A stretch of DNA of 64,000 bases, from assembly GCF_009914755.1 (NCBI RefSeq), contig NC_060930.1; one strand, written 5' to 3'. Below are positions 36,001-48,767 of the stretch, one piece after another; position 1 is the first letter of the stretch; every line of letters starts with the position of its first letter. The DNA is from the human T2T-CHM13v2.0 reference genome, Homo sapiens. The notes under the pieces were generated by a model, which saw nothing but the letters and a program-made list of their open reading frames with translations, ran no database searches and had not been told where the DNA came from. Both the position numbers and the translations under genes were made by a program.

Positions 36001-37730
36001 TAAATTTTAAAAAATGAACTCATATCAAGCACACTCTTAGATCTCAATGTAATCAAACTATAAATAAATATCAACATCTCTCAACACTACACAAATAGAT
36101 GAAAATTAAACAACTTTCTCCTGAATAACTTCTGTGTGAAAATCAAAATTAAGGGAGAAATTTTAAGAAAGTGAAATTAATGAAAATGGGAACACAAATT
36201 ACCAAAATCTCTGGGATGCAGCTAAATCAGTGTTAAGAGGAACGTTTAAATGCCTTTATCATAAAGTTAGAAATATTTCAAATTAACAATCTAACACTAC
36301 GCCTAAAGGAACTAGGGAAAAAAAAAAAAGAACAACCCTACATCAACGCCAGGAATGAAAAGCAACAACTAAAATAGAGAAGATCTGAATGAAATTGAGA
36401 TGCAAAAATCCATACAAAAGATTAATGAAACCAAGAGTTGATTTAAAAAAAGAGATTGATAGACCTTTAGCTAGATAAACAAAGAAAAAAAGGAGAAGAT
36501 CTAAATATATAAATCAGAATGACAAAAACGACATTAAAAATGGTCCCACAGACATACAAAATAATCCTCAGAGAATACTAGGAATAACTCTAGACACAAA
36601 AATCAGAAAATCTAGAGGAAATGGATAAATTTCTGAAAACAGGCAATCTTCCAAGATTGAATCAGGAAGATACTTAAATACTGAAGAGACCAATATGAAG
36701 CTCTGAAATTGAGTAAGTAATAAAAAATCTACCAAGCCAAAAAGCCCTGGACTATATGGAGTCACAGCAAAATTCTACCAGAAGTATAGAGAAGAACTAG
36801 TACAATTCTACTGAAACTATTCCAGAAAAGTTGAAGAGAACGTACTCCTTCCTAACTCATTCTGTGAAGCCAGAATCAGCTTAATACCAAAACCTGGCAG
36901 AGACGCAAAAAAAAAGAACATTCAGGTGACCACTGTTGATGAACATAGACTCAAAAATTCTCAACAAAGTACTAGCAAACTGAATCCATCAGCAGCATAT
37001 CAAAAAATTTATCTACTATGACAATACAGGCTTTATTCCTGGGATGCATGGCTGGTTCAACATATGCAAATCAATAAACGTGATTCACCAGATAAACAGA
37101 ATTAAATCAAAAACCATATGATCATCTCAATGGATGCCGGAAAAGCTTTCAATTAAATCCAGTGTCCCTTCATGAAAAAACAAAACAAAAAAAAAACCCT
37201 CAACAGTTGAGGCTTCAAATAAGCATACTTCAAAATAAAAAAGAGCTATCTACAACAAACCCACAGCCAATATAATACTGAATGGGCAAAAGCTGAAAGC
37301 ATTCTCCTTTAGAAATGAAACAAGCCAAGGACATCCACTCTTACCACTCCTATTCAACATAGTACCAGAAATCCTAGTCAGAGCAATCTCGCAACAGAAA
37401 AAGAGAAAAGCACCCAAATAGGAAGTAAAGATTAAGGCAAACTATCTGTCTTCACCCAACAATATCATTCTATACCTAAAAAACCTTAAAGACTTCAACA
37501 AAAGTCTACTAGAAATGATAAAGGATTTTAGCAAGGTTTCAGGATACAAAATCAATGTACAACAATTAGTAGCATTTCTATACAACAACAACATCCAGGT
37601 TGAGAGTTAAATTAAGAACACAATCATATTTACAACACCTAGGATGAAAATAAGATCCCTGCAAATACAACTAACCTAAGATGTGAAAGATCTCCACAAG
37701 GAGAATTACAAAACACAGCTGAAATCTGAA

Positions 37731-37996
37731 GCTGGATGCAGTGGTTCATGCCTTTGGGAGGCCGAGGCAGGTATATCGCTTGGACCCAGGAGTTTGAGAC
37801 CAACCTGGGCAACATAGTGGAACCTCATCTATACAAATTGTTTTTTGTTTTTTTTTTTAATAGCGAGGCATGGTGGCACATGCCTGTAGTCCTAACTACC
37901 CTGACGGCTTGAGGCCAGGAGCTCAAGCCTGCAGTGAGCTATAATAACTCCACTGCATTCCAGCCTGGGTGAAAGGGTGAGACCCTGTCTCAAAAA
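37731..37996 (+). mobile_element. AluJo nested in L1 ORF2
   Basis: GAGTTTGAGACCAACCTGGGCAACATAG; GCAGTGAGCTATAAT..; GAGACCCTGTCTC; L1 ORF2 resumes at ~38152. Confidence 0.9.
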
Positions 37997-38151
37997 AGGA
38001 AGGAAATAAGAAAAGGAAGGAAGGATGGAAGGAAGGGAGGGAGGAAAGGAGGGAGGGAAGGAAGGAAAGATGGAAGGAAGGAAGGAAGGAAGGAAAGAAG
38101 GAAGGAAGGAAGGAAGGAAGGAAGGAAGGAAGGAAGGAAGGAAGGAAGGAA
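37997..38151. repeat. (GGAA)n polypurine microsatellite replacing the Alu tail
   Basis: Ends in (GGAA)6 AGAA (GGAA)13 at 38072-38151. Confidence 0.95.
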
Positions 38152-38983
38152 ATTTTGATAACACAAATAAATGGAATAACATTCCATGTTTACAGATTAA
38201 AAGAATCAATATTGTTAAAATGGCCATACTGCCCAAAGCAATTTGTAGATTCAAGGCTATCTCCATGAAACTACCAACATCATTCTTCACAGAATTAGAA
38301 AAAACTATTCTAAATTTATATGGAACACCCCCAAAAGCCAGAATGGCCAAAGCAATTCTGAGCAAAAATAATAAAGCCAGAGAGGCATCATACTACCCAA
38401 TTTCCAGCTATACTATAAGTGTACACTAACCATGATACTGTTACAAAAGCAGACACTTAAGCCAATGGAACAGAATAGAACACTCAAAAATAAAGCTGCA
38501 CACTTACCACCATCTGATCTTGGACAAGGCCAACAAAAACAAACAACGGGGAAAAGGCACCCTATTCAATAAATGGTGCTGGGACAATTCGCTAGCCATA
38601 AGCAGAAGAGTGAAACTGGATGCTTACCTTCCACCATACACACAAATTAATTCAAGATGGATTAACGGTTAAAATGTAAGACTTCAAATTATGAAAACTC
38701 TAAAACAAAACCTAGGAAATATTTTTCTCGACACTGGCCTTGGCAAATAATTTTTGGCTAAGTTTCTAAAAACAATTGCAACGAAAACGAAATTGACAAG
38801 TGAAAGTCAATCAAACTAAAAAGCTTCTGCACAGCAATAGAAACTATCCACAGAGTAAACAGCCAACTTACAGAATGGGAGAAAATATTTGCAAACTATG
38901 CATCTGATAAAGATCTAATATAACAAATCCATAAGGAAGAAAAAATGACAAGCATAAAACAACCCCAGTCAAAAAGGGCAAAG

Positions 38984-39293
38984 CTAATACAGGAGCAGAA
39001 AATCAAACTCCGCATCTTCTCACTTATAAGTGGGAGCTGAACAATGGGAACACATGGACACAGGGAGGGGAACAACACACAGTGGGGAACAACACACAAC
39101 ACACAACACACACTATAATTTTCTGTAGGGGGTTGAGGAGAGGGAGAGCATCAGGAAAAATAGCTAATGCATGCTGGGCTTAATACCTAGGTGATGGGTT
39201 GATAGGTGCAGCAAACCACCACCACACACGTTTATCTATGTAACAAAACTGCGCTTCCTGCACATGTACCCCAGAACTTAAAATTTAAATCAA
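38984..39293 (+). mobile_element. L1PA13-like 3' end nested in the older L1
   Basis: GCATCAGGAAAAATAGCTAATGCATGCTGGGCTTAATACCTAGGTGATGGG; flanking AAA(G/A)GGCAAAG duplication at ~38973-38983 and ~39295-39305. Confidence 0.85.
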
Positions 39294-40585
39294 GAAAAGG
39301 CAAAGGACATGAACAGATATTTTCTCAAAAGAAGACACTCAAGTATATGAAAAAACACTCATCCTCACTCATCATCAAATAAATAAATGCAAGCAAAAAC
39401 CACAGTAAGATGCCAACTCACATCAGTCACAATAGCTATAATTAAAAAGTCAAAAAATTAGATGTTGGCCAGGCTGCAGAGTAAAGGGAATGCTTATACA
39501 ACTACTGTTGGTGGAAATGTAAACTGGTTCAGGCACTGTGGAAAGTATTTTGGAGATTTCTCTAAGAACTTAAAACAGAGATACCCTTCGACCCAGCATT
39601 CCCATTACTGGGTATATATTCAAAGGAAAATAAATTATTCTACCAGAAAAATATATATGCACTCGTATGTTCATCAGCATGTTATTCACAACAGCACACA
39701 CATGGAATGAACCTAGGTGCCCATCAACGGTGGATTGGATAAAGAAAATGTGGTACATATACACTATGGAATACTATGCCTCCATAAAAAAGAATGAAAT
39801 TATGTCCTTTGCAGCAACATGGATGGAGCTAAGGACATAATCCTAAGCAAATTAGTGCTGGAAAAGAAAACCAGATACCACACATTCTCACTTATAAGTG
39901 GAACCTAAACATTGAGCACACAGGAACATTAACATGGGAACAAGACATGCTGCAGGCTATGGGGGTGGGGGAGAGAGGGGAGCATGGGCTGAATAACTAC
40001 CTACTGGGTACTATGCTCACTACCAGGGTGCACTGTACAAAAGTAACAAATCTGCATATGCACTATCTGTGTCTGAAAAAAATTGAAATTATAAAAACCA
40101 AGAGAATATGTTTCTAATGAATGTAGACTTTATTTGATGGACTGGATTAGAATATAATATTTTTTTAAGGGGAAAGGCATTGGGGGATGCACAATGTCTA
40201 CAGGTTTCTAAATCTCTCTGGTTTCTCACCTAATTCATAGTCTCTTATGTCATTCTCATAGTTTTCATATTCTGCCTTTCCACCTCTTCTTTTTAACAAG
40301 TAAAATTCCTCATAGCATACAAAAAACCAATTTTATAAAAAACCCCTATTATAGATCAGGGACCTGTGGATTATATGCTATTAGAACTACACAAAATGTC
40401 TCTGTATAGTTTTCTGTATCTTTGGAATATCTTTGGGTGAAGCTGCAGACCTTCTTGGTGAGTGTTACAGCTCTGCGCAGAGCCAAACAGTGAGCAGCAG
40501 CAAGACTGCAAAGAGCAAAAGAACAAAGCCTCCACACTGTGGAAAGGGACCCCAGCACGTTGCTGTTGCTGGCTCTGGCAGCCGC

Positions 40586-40795
40586 TTTTATTCCCTTATC
40601 TCACCCCACCCACATCCTGATGATTGGTCCATTTCATAGAGAGCTGATGGGTTCATTTTACAGAGAGCTGATTGGTCTGTTTACAATCCTTTAGCTAGAC
40701 ACAAAAGTTCTCCAAAGTCCCCACTAGATTAGCTAGACACAGAGCACTGATGGGTGCGTTCACATACCTTGAGCTAGACACAGCATGCTGATTGG
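40586..40795 (-). promoter_or_regulatory. LTR12 core promoter: three CCAAT (NF-Y) boxes and AATAAAA TATA-like element
   Basis: ATTGG on + at 40623, 40671 and 40791; TTTTATT at 40586-40592; arrangement known for ERV9 LTR promoters. Confidence 0.7.
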
Positions 40796-40879
40796 TGCAT
40801 TTACAATCCTCCAGCTAGACGTAATAAGTTCTCCAAGTACCCACCGGACTCAGGAGCCCAGCTGGCTTTGCCTAGTGCA

Positions 40880-41500
40880 TCCCGGCCGCGGGCGGAGCTG
40901 CCCGCCAGTCTCTGGCGCGCTCCCGCACTCCTCAGCCGTTGGGCGGTTGACGGGACCGGGTGCCGCGTAGCAGGAGGTGGCGCCCGTCCCCTCGGGGTGG
41001 CGCGCGGGAGCCCGCGGCTGGGGGGCGGGGGGCAGGGGACGGGGGCGGGGAGCAGGGTGAGGGCTCCAGCATGGCAGGCTGCAGGTCCCGAGCCCTGCCC
41101 CCTTGCCCCGCGGGGAGGTGGCTGAGGCCCAGCGAAAATTCGAGCGCGGCGCCGGCGGGCCATCACTGTTGGGGGACCCAGTGCACCCTCCGCAGCTGCT
41201 GGCCCGGGTGCTAAGCCTCTCTCACTGCCCAGGGCCGGCGGCGCCAGCCGACCGCTCAGAGTGCGGGGCGCGCCGAGCCCGCGCCCACCCGGAAGTCGCG
41301 CTGGACCTGCGAGCACCGCAGGCAGCCCAGGTTCCGGCCCGCGCCTCTCCCTCCACACCTCCCCGCCGGCAGAGGGAGCCCGCTCAGGCCTCAGCCAGCA
41401 CAGAGAGGGGCTCCCACGGTGCAGCTGCGGGCTGAAGGGCTCCTGAAGCGCGGCCAGAGTGGGCTGAGGCCGAGGAGGCGCCGAGAGCCAGCGAGGGGAT
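40880..41500. promoter_or_regulatory. CpG island within LTR12 U3
   Basis: Very GC-rich with dense retained CpG, in a window otherwise CpG-depleted. Confidence 0.85.
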
Positions 41501-41859
41501 GCCAGCAAGCTGTCACCTCTCAGAAATACAGGAAGAACATCAATAATGTTCGAAGTTATAAAGTAGGTTTCTATCAAGAATAAAACATAAACGATCAAAG
41601 AATTCCTTATAAAAACATTTTTTATTTCTAGGAAGCAAAACGTAAATATAAAATTTGAGAGTCCACCAAAAAAAATTAGATGCCAGATTTCACTATAATT
41701 ATCAGGGAAGCGCCCAAACGGGTTGTTTACGGCGCCTCGGGGAAACTTTCTGTTTCGTGTTAAGGGTCTTGAACCATGATGTTTAGAAAACCGTGGGCTG
41801 ATGCTTTCAGAACCTCTGTGATTGTTGCCTCTGACACTGCATCCAATAGACTAGCATGT

Positions 41860-42364
41860 TGATTAGGGAAAGCTAAATTCAATAAAATACGACTGTAAGT
41901 GGGGTCACCACCTTGAGGGGTTATGTTAGAAGAGTAGATGATAAGGTGGTATCGATAGGGTATTGACGTCTGGGCTCACATGGTTGCCCGGGGCCTTTCA
42001 AGACCAATGACTGATAAGAAGAGGTAATGTTCAGGACATAGAGTTTAGGATTGGGGGACACTGTGAGTTAAGGGCCATGACAGAAGTCTTCATAAGTAAA
42101 CTGTTATTGACACAAGCTGCTACCTGCCCAGGTGAGCAATCTGTTGGCCCAGAGGAGAGTTGCTTACTGACATAAATTGATTTGCAGAAATTTCCTGAAG
42201 CAAACAATAAGTTATTTATTGGTTTGCAGCCTTACTTTCCTGAAAAATAATTTTCTGGAATGAATTGTGAAATCATGTTGACACAGATGGCCTCAGGTTT
42301 CAGTTCGGATAATTAAGCTGTGTAAATATAGAAAGTCTAAGGTTTCTGTGTGCTGTTGATTCAC
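41860..42364 (-). mobile_element. ERV1-class LTR (MER67-like)
   Basis: Reverse complement ACACAGCTTAATT...CAGGAAAGTAAGGCTGCAAACCAATAAATAACTT...TGCTTCAGGAA resembles MER67; left boundary uncertain. Confidence 0.5.
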
Positions 42365-42485
42365 AGTATGCAACAGTGATCATATTACTTTTATTTACTA
42401 TGAGCTTCAGCTGAAAAGTCCAAAAGAAACTTTAATTTCAGATATTTAATGAAATCATTATAGCTGTGGTAATTTCCTTTAGCTG

Positions 42486-42547
42486 GGTGTGAGTGTGTGA
42501 TGTGAGCGTGTGATTGTGTGTGTGTGTGTGTGTGTATGTGTGTGTGT
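42486..42547. repeat. (TG)n microsatellite
   Basis: Read directly. Confidence 0.9.
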
Positions 42548-43518
42548 ACTCTGGCAGCATATTCCAAATTTCTGTAAAATTTCAGTTTGAAATTAATAGA
42601 AGACATATTAAATTGTTTAAACTCTTTGTTATTTAACTTCTATATTACTTTAGTTGATTACTCTGTATTATTACGGCAAAGCTTTGATATGTTGCCCTGA
42701 ATTTAAATGAAAAGGCTGTTCGGCATAAAAACAGGAATATTTTATTACCAAAAAGAATTAACTACCATATGTCATTTACAGAAAAGAGTAAATTCTTCAG
42801 GGCATAGAAAATACACATTTCCTTCTGTTTGTGTGGAAATAAGCAAAATACCTGTTATAATAGATTCCTCACAGAATTTTGTGAAGCTTCAGGTAAACTT
42901 GAAAGAGAAAAATTAAAATGCTAGAGTTTCATAATTACAAATTGGGATATAAAAATAGAATAATTATTTGAATTTTGTATTCCTCTCCAGGGGATCAAAA
43001 GTAATATATGAACTTTTAATAAATATTGATATAGCTTCACGTTGACTCCACATGTGAGCAATTTGCTTTCTGTTAAATTCACAATTGCATAATTTTTTTC
43101 AGGCTGGAATGCACTTGGATGCCAGAGATTTTGATTTCTTAATGTGAAATAAGGTGATAATACATTCCAAAGTATATATTTTTTCAACTTTAAATATATC
43201 TGGTGTATTTGGAGTAATATCAGAGTAAATACACTTATATGTAAGAGAATCAAAGGAACAAGATATTATTTTATATCCAAGGAAATTAAAACACTTAGAA
43301 CATAAATACATATTGCATTACTTCATATTAAAGAAATGTTTTACAAAAGAAAATAAAGGAGCTTATTTTATAGCCCCATTTCCACAAATAATAGCAAAGG
43401 TACATACACATATCTAATGTTTTACACACTCATTATTGTTTCTCTTAAAATTTGTTGCTTATACTATTTTAAAAAGCAAGCCTATAGATTGTTGTGTGTA
43501 TATACATCTACACACAAC

Positions 43519-43527
43519 ATATATATA

Positions 43528-43586
<59 letters not shown>
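43519..43586. repeat. (TA)n/(TG)n microsatellite with about 23 pure AT units
   Basis: Read directly. Confidence 0.95.
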
Positions 43587-43590
<4 letters not shown>

Positions 43591-43779
43591 GCAAGCAAGA
43601 GAATGGGCCTCTTCCTACTGAGGTTTAACATTTGCATGTATATGTATATTTTGATTCACATAGACTTATTGTTCTTTAATTACATGAACAGTGATTCCTG
43701 GTTACATTATTGGAAAATGGAAGCAATGCTCAAAGAGCATCACCTAAATTTCCATCATATTTTGCTCTCAATATATTTT

Positions 43780-44130
43780 GTACATCCAAATATATTGTGA
43801 TTAATCTGCATACATTTTTGCTGTTCTAGGTGACGCTGATATGAGGCTAGGTAATACACGACCTTAGTCTGCATGTTGTACTTGTGTAACACACATAATT
43901 TTACAGTGCTAACAGGTGCTATAATAACTTACTATAGTTAATGATGAATGAAAGAAGGAAGATGTTAAGATGTTAGGGAAGGACTCAAAAGATGCAGTGC
44001 TTGAGTTAGAATTTTAAGGGAGATTATGCAAAAGCAGTCACTTAAGGTGGGTTGGGATAATCTAGAATGTGGGAATGATGTATGCAAAGTCACACAGGAG
44101 AGATACAGCATGCATGTTTAGAAAATTGTT
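43780..44130 (-). mobile_element. L2 fragment
   Basis: CTGTTCTAGGTG...GTGCTATAA...ATGTATGCAAAGTCACACAGG...CAGCATG; highly diverged. Confidence 0.5.
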
Positions 44131-45809
44131 GATTACATATGGAAAGTTTGCATCCTAGAATGTCAGGATTTTAAGCTAAGTGGGGTTCAAATTAAATTTT
44201 TCACATACTTCGCTGCATTATAATAACTAGTTTATGTTTAACTCATCCACTAAGTTATTTGAAAAGAGATGCCAGTGTTCACTCAATCTAGTTGTCTGTC
44301 ATTAATAATTTAAAAATAATTGAGATTTTAATTTTGGTCTGCTAAGCCTGTTTAATTAAAATTTGACATTAAATAAGATTTTACAGGCCTCATTTTTTTT
44401 TCAGTCATCACAGTTTGAATATTAAACATTACTACTTTTATCTCCCTCAGTCAGCATAAAACATGCTACTTACGGTTTTAATAACGAAATTCAATGAGCA
44501 CCAACAAAATTTGATGTAACTATTAACTTTGAAATTTTATTGAACTAGAACTATGCCTTGGGTATCATTCAAAGCATTTAATTGTTGCAATAAAAAACTT
44601 TGAGATAAATTGAAATGATGGACAATATGGGTCGAAAGCAACATTGGCTTGAGGGAATAGGCTAATGTTTGAGAACAGAATTGTTAAGGACAAGATTGGA
44701 TGTTTATATTATTTTAGGAAAGGTACACTCTAATGGAGTTTAATTCTAAAATGTTTACTATTATGAAAATATTATATATTATATGATCATTATAGAAAAT
44801 TAAAACTATAAGAACATCAGAAGCAAAATAGCCAAAGTCTACCTAAACCCAATTAGAAGTGAATACTATTAATCTTGATTTGCATGTTTCTAATCTTATT
44901 ATTATCAAATTAATAAACAGCTTTCAGATATTCTGCTTCTCCCTGTTACTAGATCAGGATAATGTCATTTATGTACAGGCATCTCCTGCTTACTCAGTTC
45001 AGCATTGATCAATAAATATTTTAGACTTCCATTCAAAACACTTCCATTTTTCTTTTGCCCATATTCTTTTTATTCAGTGCTGCCTGTTTTCAAATACACA
45101 ACACTTTGTCAAACAAATTCCAACATTAGATCGGATATAGTTGGTATCAAAGTAGTAATACACATTGCCATTCCTAATCCTCAACGCATTGATCCTGAAA
45201 ATTATTTGTAAGAATAGAAAAATACTGGATATTTCAAATTAAGTCTCATTTTGTTGCTTACACATGAGAGACTGGAATTAACCAACATAACCATTACAAG
45301 GTGATTGAGCAAATGAATAGATGGAAAATATTATAGAAACTTTACTGCAGTTCATCAACCATTGTGGTCATTAGGCCATAGGAAAATACAGTGTGATAGT
45401 ACCCCTGTCTTCTTTTCCATTTGTTAAGTCTCATATCCAAGTAACAGTGGATAGACCTTATGAGAATACAAAGTGAGATAAAAATAATTTTTGGCTTTTC
45501 AATGTATCTTATTTGATCTAAGAGGTATTTCCCCGACTTTGATGCAATAATTATTGTCACAAAATTTGACTTTATTAAAGACCATTTTAAGGATCTTTGC
45601 AGCTGACAGCAGTGACTTTTTTACCTCCTACAAAGTTTCAACTGACAGTCTTATTGTCTCTGACTTTCCCAAATTAATGACATAATTAGTCACCAGGGCT
45701 TTGGCTGCTCAATAGGGATTTAGTAAGCAATGAGTCATATGTTGGGGAACACTTCAACAAACAAAATGTTGGCAGAGAAAGATGTATGAATCAGCTAGGA
45801 AGAAACACT

Positions 45810-47620
45810 ATTCTATCATTGAGGATCTTTCTCCTATTAGATATCACAGAAAAATTTTCATATAGATTACCATATGAGTGAGCCAAAATCTCTAGGAACA
45901 AAAAAGCTTAGTATAATTATAACTCCTTGCCATGATTTAACTCAAAATTTCTTTACTTATTTAGCAATTCTATAAACAAGAATCATTTCTGTTAAGGATA
46001 CTAAGGAGAGTGTTCCTATTGAATCAGAACATTTAAAAGAAATAATTGAGGAACTCACACATGTAAAACGTCATTAACCAAACTAAAATAAAATGTGAGG
46101 GCATAAACTTAACCAGAAATGTTTAAAGCCTATATATAAAAAAAACTAGAAAACACTTCTGAATGGCACAAATTTGGACTTGAGCACGGGGAAAGAAATT
46201 CCATGCTCTTGAAAAAGCCTTAAAATCATAAATGTGCCAGTTCTTTAAATAAACTTATATCTTCTATGTCATAACAAAACGATATTTTCTAGAATTTCTT
46301 TGTCCAGATTTAGAAAAATAGACAAATTTACTTGGAGGAATAAAGAAGCAAGAATAGCTAGAAATATCCTATAAAATCAATGGAATTTGGAGTCAATACA
46401 AAATATTAAGCAATTCTTAAAGCTTCTATGATTAAAATGAGTTATAAATACAGATAGATGAAGATCATATAGAAAATCAAGACACTGACAGATATGGAAA
46501 GGTGGTATATAATGAAAACATTTCAGATCAATGAGGGGGAAATGTTAACTGGAAAAGAATATTAAAAAGGCAATGAACTCAATAAGACAACAAGAAGCAA
46601 ACCACAGAAAAATAACTGGACTGGATTAAAAAGAAAATATTTTAGACACTTCAAAAGTAAAATATTCAAATAACCAATGAACTTATTAAAAGGTTTTTAT
46701 TTATATTGGTTATCTGAAAAAATAATTCAAACCACAATGAGATGTAAATACTTGTCATTCAGAATCCTGAATTTGAAAGGAATGTTTTAGAATTCTAAGT
46801 TGAAGAGAAAATGCAAAGTATTGATGAGAATGTTGACTAATTAGAACACTCAAATTGATGTTATTGGCATAACTTAGTTCAAATAATTTGGATAAAGATA
46901 TGTAGTAGGCCCCAAAATTCTACTTGTAAAGATGGTTTCTCCAGAAAGGCATGCATATATATAGCTAAAAAAAAATGTGTACTCATGAAAACACTTTTCA
47001 GAATAACACCAAAATAACCCCAAACTGTGGGCCAAAAGTGGACTAAAATACTTATAAAGAGTACAGTAAACAAATAAGTTGTAATATGATCACCTAATAA
47101 AATATTAAAGAAATAAATGTAAATAGTTTCATTTGCAGGTCATATAATCAATTAGTCTCACAAATGTAATATTAAGCAAAAAAATGCGGTTCAAAACACT
47201 ACACACACTATTTGATTCCTTACTGATAAAAGTTAGAATAGTGTTATGTTAGGAGGGATGGGTGGAAATCAGGTGTGTGACTATTACATTTTCTTATTCT
47301 GGATGATCATAGTATTTTAAAACTCACTAAGCTTTAAACTTATGTGCATTTACCCATGTGTATACAATACTTTAATAGAAGCTTCAAATCAATAAGAAAA
47401 CATAAAACTGTCTGATGGAAAAATAGCTTGAGGAAATGAACAGGTATAGCAGAAAAGAAGGGCTGCATATAGTTTAAAAACTTGAAGAGATGTTTAATCT
47501 CTTTGCAAATAGAAAAACATACGCATTTAAATTGAAATACCATTTTCATGTTCCAAAATTAAAATTATTAGAAATATGATGGTATACAGTGATGGTAATA
47601 TGGGAGAAAGGAAACATCCT
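45810..47620 (+). mobile_element. Ancient L1M (L1MC/ME) ORF2-3' remnants
   Basis: A-rich strand with motifs such as CATAAACTTAACCAGAAATGT, AAACCACAATGAGAT, ACTTATGTGCATTT; boundaries approximate. Confidence 0.55.
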
Positions 47621-48314
47621 AGGCAATTTGGCTAAGCTTTTCTGAGGAAGATTTAGGCAATATGCCATTAAGATTTAATGTGAACAAATGGGAAATTTGC
47701 CCACATAAATCAATGGAAAGATACTCTATTTTTCAAAATTTAATCTGAAAATACCTAAGCCCCTGATATTTTTCTAAAAACTGGAATGTCCCTGTGGTCA
47801 TTGGGTTTTAGAGACATAATTTTCACTGTGATGGTCATAATTTTAAAAGGTTACATCATCCATTTTTAGTTAACATATATTGTAGTAACATCACATATCT
47901 ATGTAATAGAAAAATAGAGTCAATTCATGTAGGGACAGACATGAAAATGACAAATACATATAGAGATAGAAAGGTATCTTGTGCATTATACTGAGAAAGA
48001 CAATAGAAATAAACAATTTACATGGGTTGATTTATTTTAATTAAGATATATAAGTGGTTAGATAAATGTTAAATAGGTCAGTATGTAATTACAGAAAATG
48101 ACAAATTGTTATGTATGGTACATTTGCAGGCATAACACAGACATTACATTTTGGAAAATTGTGTTCTATGCAACAGTGCCAAGTCTAATGAAAGTAAGAG
48201 GAAGAGGAATTCAGCCAAAGTACCAACCCCTGTTATCCATTCCTTAAGAAAGGAACTTCTTTATACACTCAAAAGAGGGGATTCTTTTTAAATTTGCTTC
48301 CAGGGGGACATCTG

Positions 48315-48315
<1 letters not shown>

Positions 48316-48350
<35 letters not shown>

Positions 48351-48367
48351 TACACACACACACACAC
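48316..48367. repeat. (CA)n microsatellite
   Basis: Read directly. Confidence 0.95.
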
Positions 48368-48767
48368 ATTTACATTATATTTAAATGTGTGTGCATGATA
48401 TATACATGTATTTATTTATTTTATACGTATGTGTTATCCAGGTCCTATATAGGAACACACACACACACACATTTTGAATCAAACACTCTTTCGTATAATT
48501 TTGGTGACAAATGTATGCAGTAAATGAGAATACTTTAACTTTCCAAAAAGCTATTCAAAAGTATAATTTTCAAATAAAATATATGTTTGTATGACAACAG
48601 ATGATTTTTTATAAATAATATATTCTGCATTATCAATCTGCCACTGGTTTTTATTAAATAAAAAAACCCATAAGTTTGTATGCTCTTAAAATACATATAA
48701 CATTTGTAAGAATAGTTTTTATGTAAAAATAATTATAGTTCACTATAACTATGTTAAAAATAGACAT

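Larger units (their letters stand above)
33662..40097 (+). mobile_element. Near full-length old LINE-1 (L1PA15-17-like), decayed, with nested insertions
   Basis: 5' UTR from ~33662; ORF1 remnant ~34260-35290; ORF2 from ~35361 with EN motif IIVGDFNTP at ~35780; ORF2 end ~39900; 3' UTR and A-tail to ~40097. Confidence 0.85.
40435..41522 (-). mobile_element. LTR12 (ERV9) solo LTR, LTR12D-like, U5 end truncated
   Basis: 5' end TGAGAGGTGACAGC (reverse complement ending at 41522); tandem GCTGATTGGT..TTTACA/GCTAGACAC enhancer repeats; GC-rich U3. Confidence 0.9.

Noticed and set aside
37892-38429. ORFs with (LPSF)n or (RKEG)n repeats, also at 63623-63823
   Set aside because: Translations of GGAA microsatellites joined to Alu/L1 sequence.
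33662-40097. Retrotransposition-competent L1
   Set aside because: Many stops and frameshifts and two nested insertions.
40801-41598. 265-aa minus-strand ORF and overlapping ORFs
   Set aside because: They lie in the GC-rich LTR12; Pro/Arg/Ala/Gly-rich frames arise from stop-codon scarcity and show no protein family motif.
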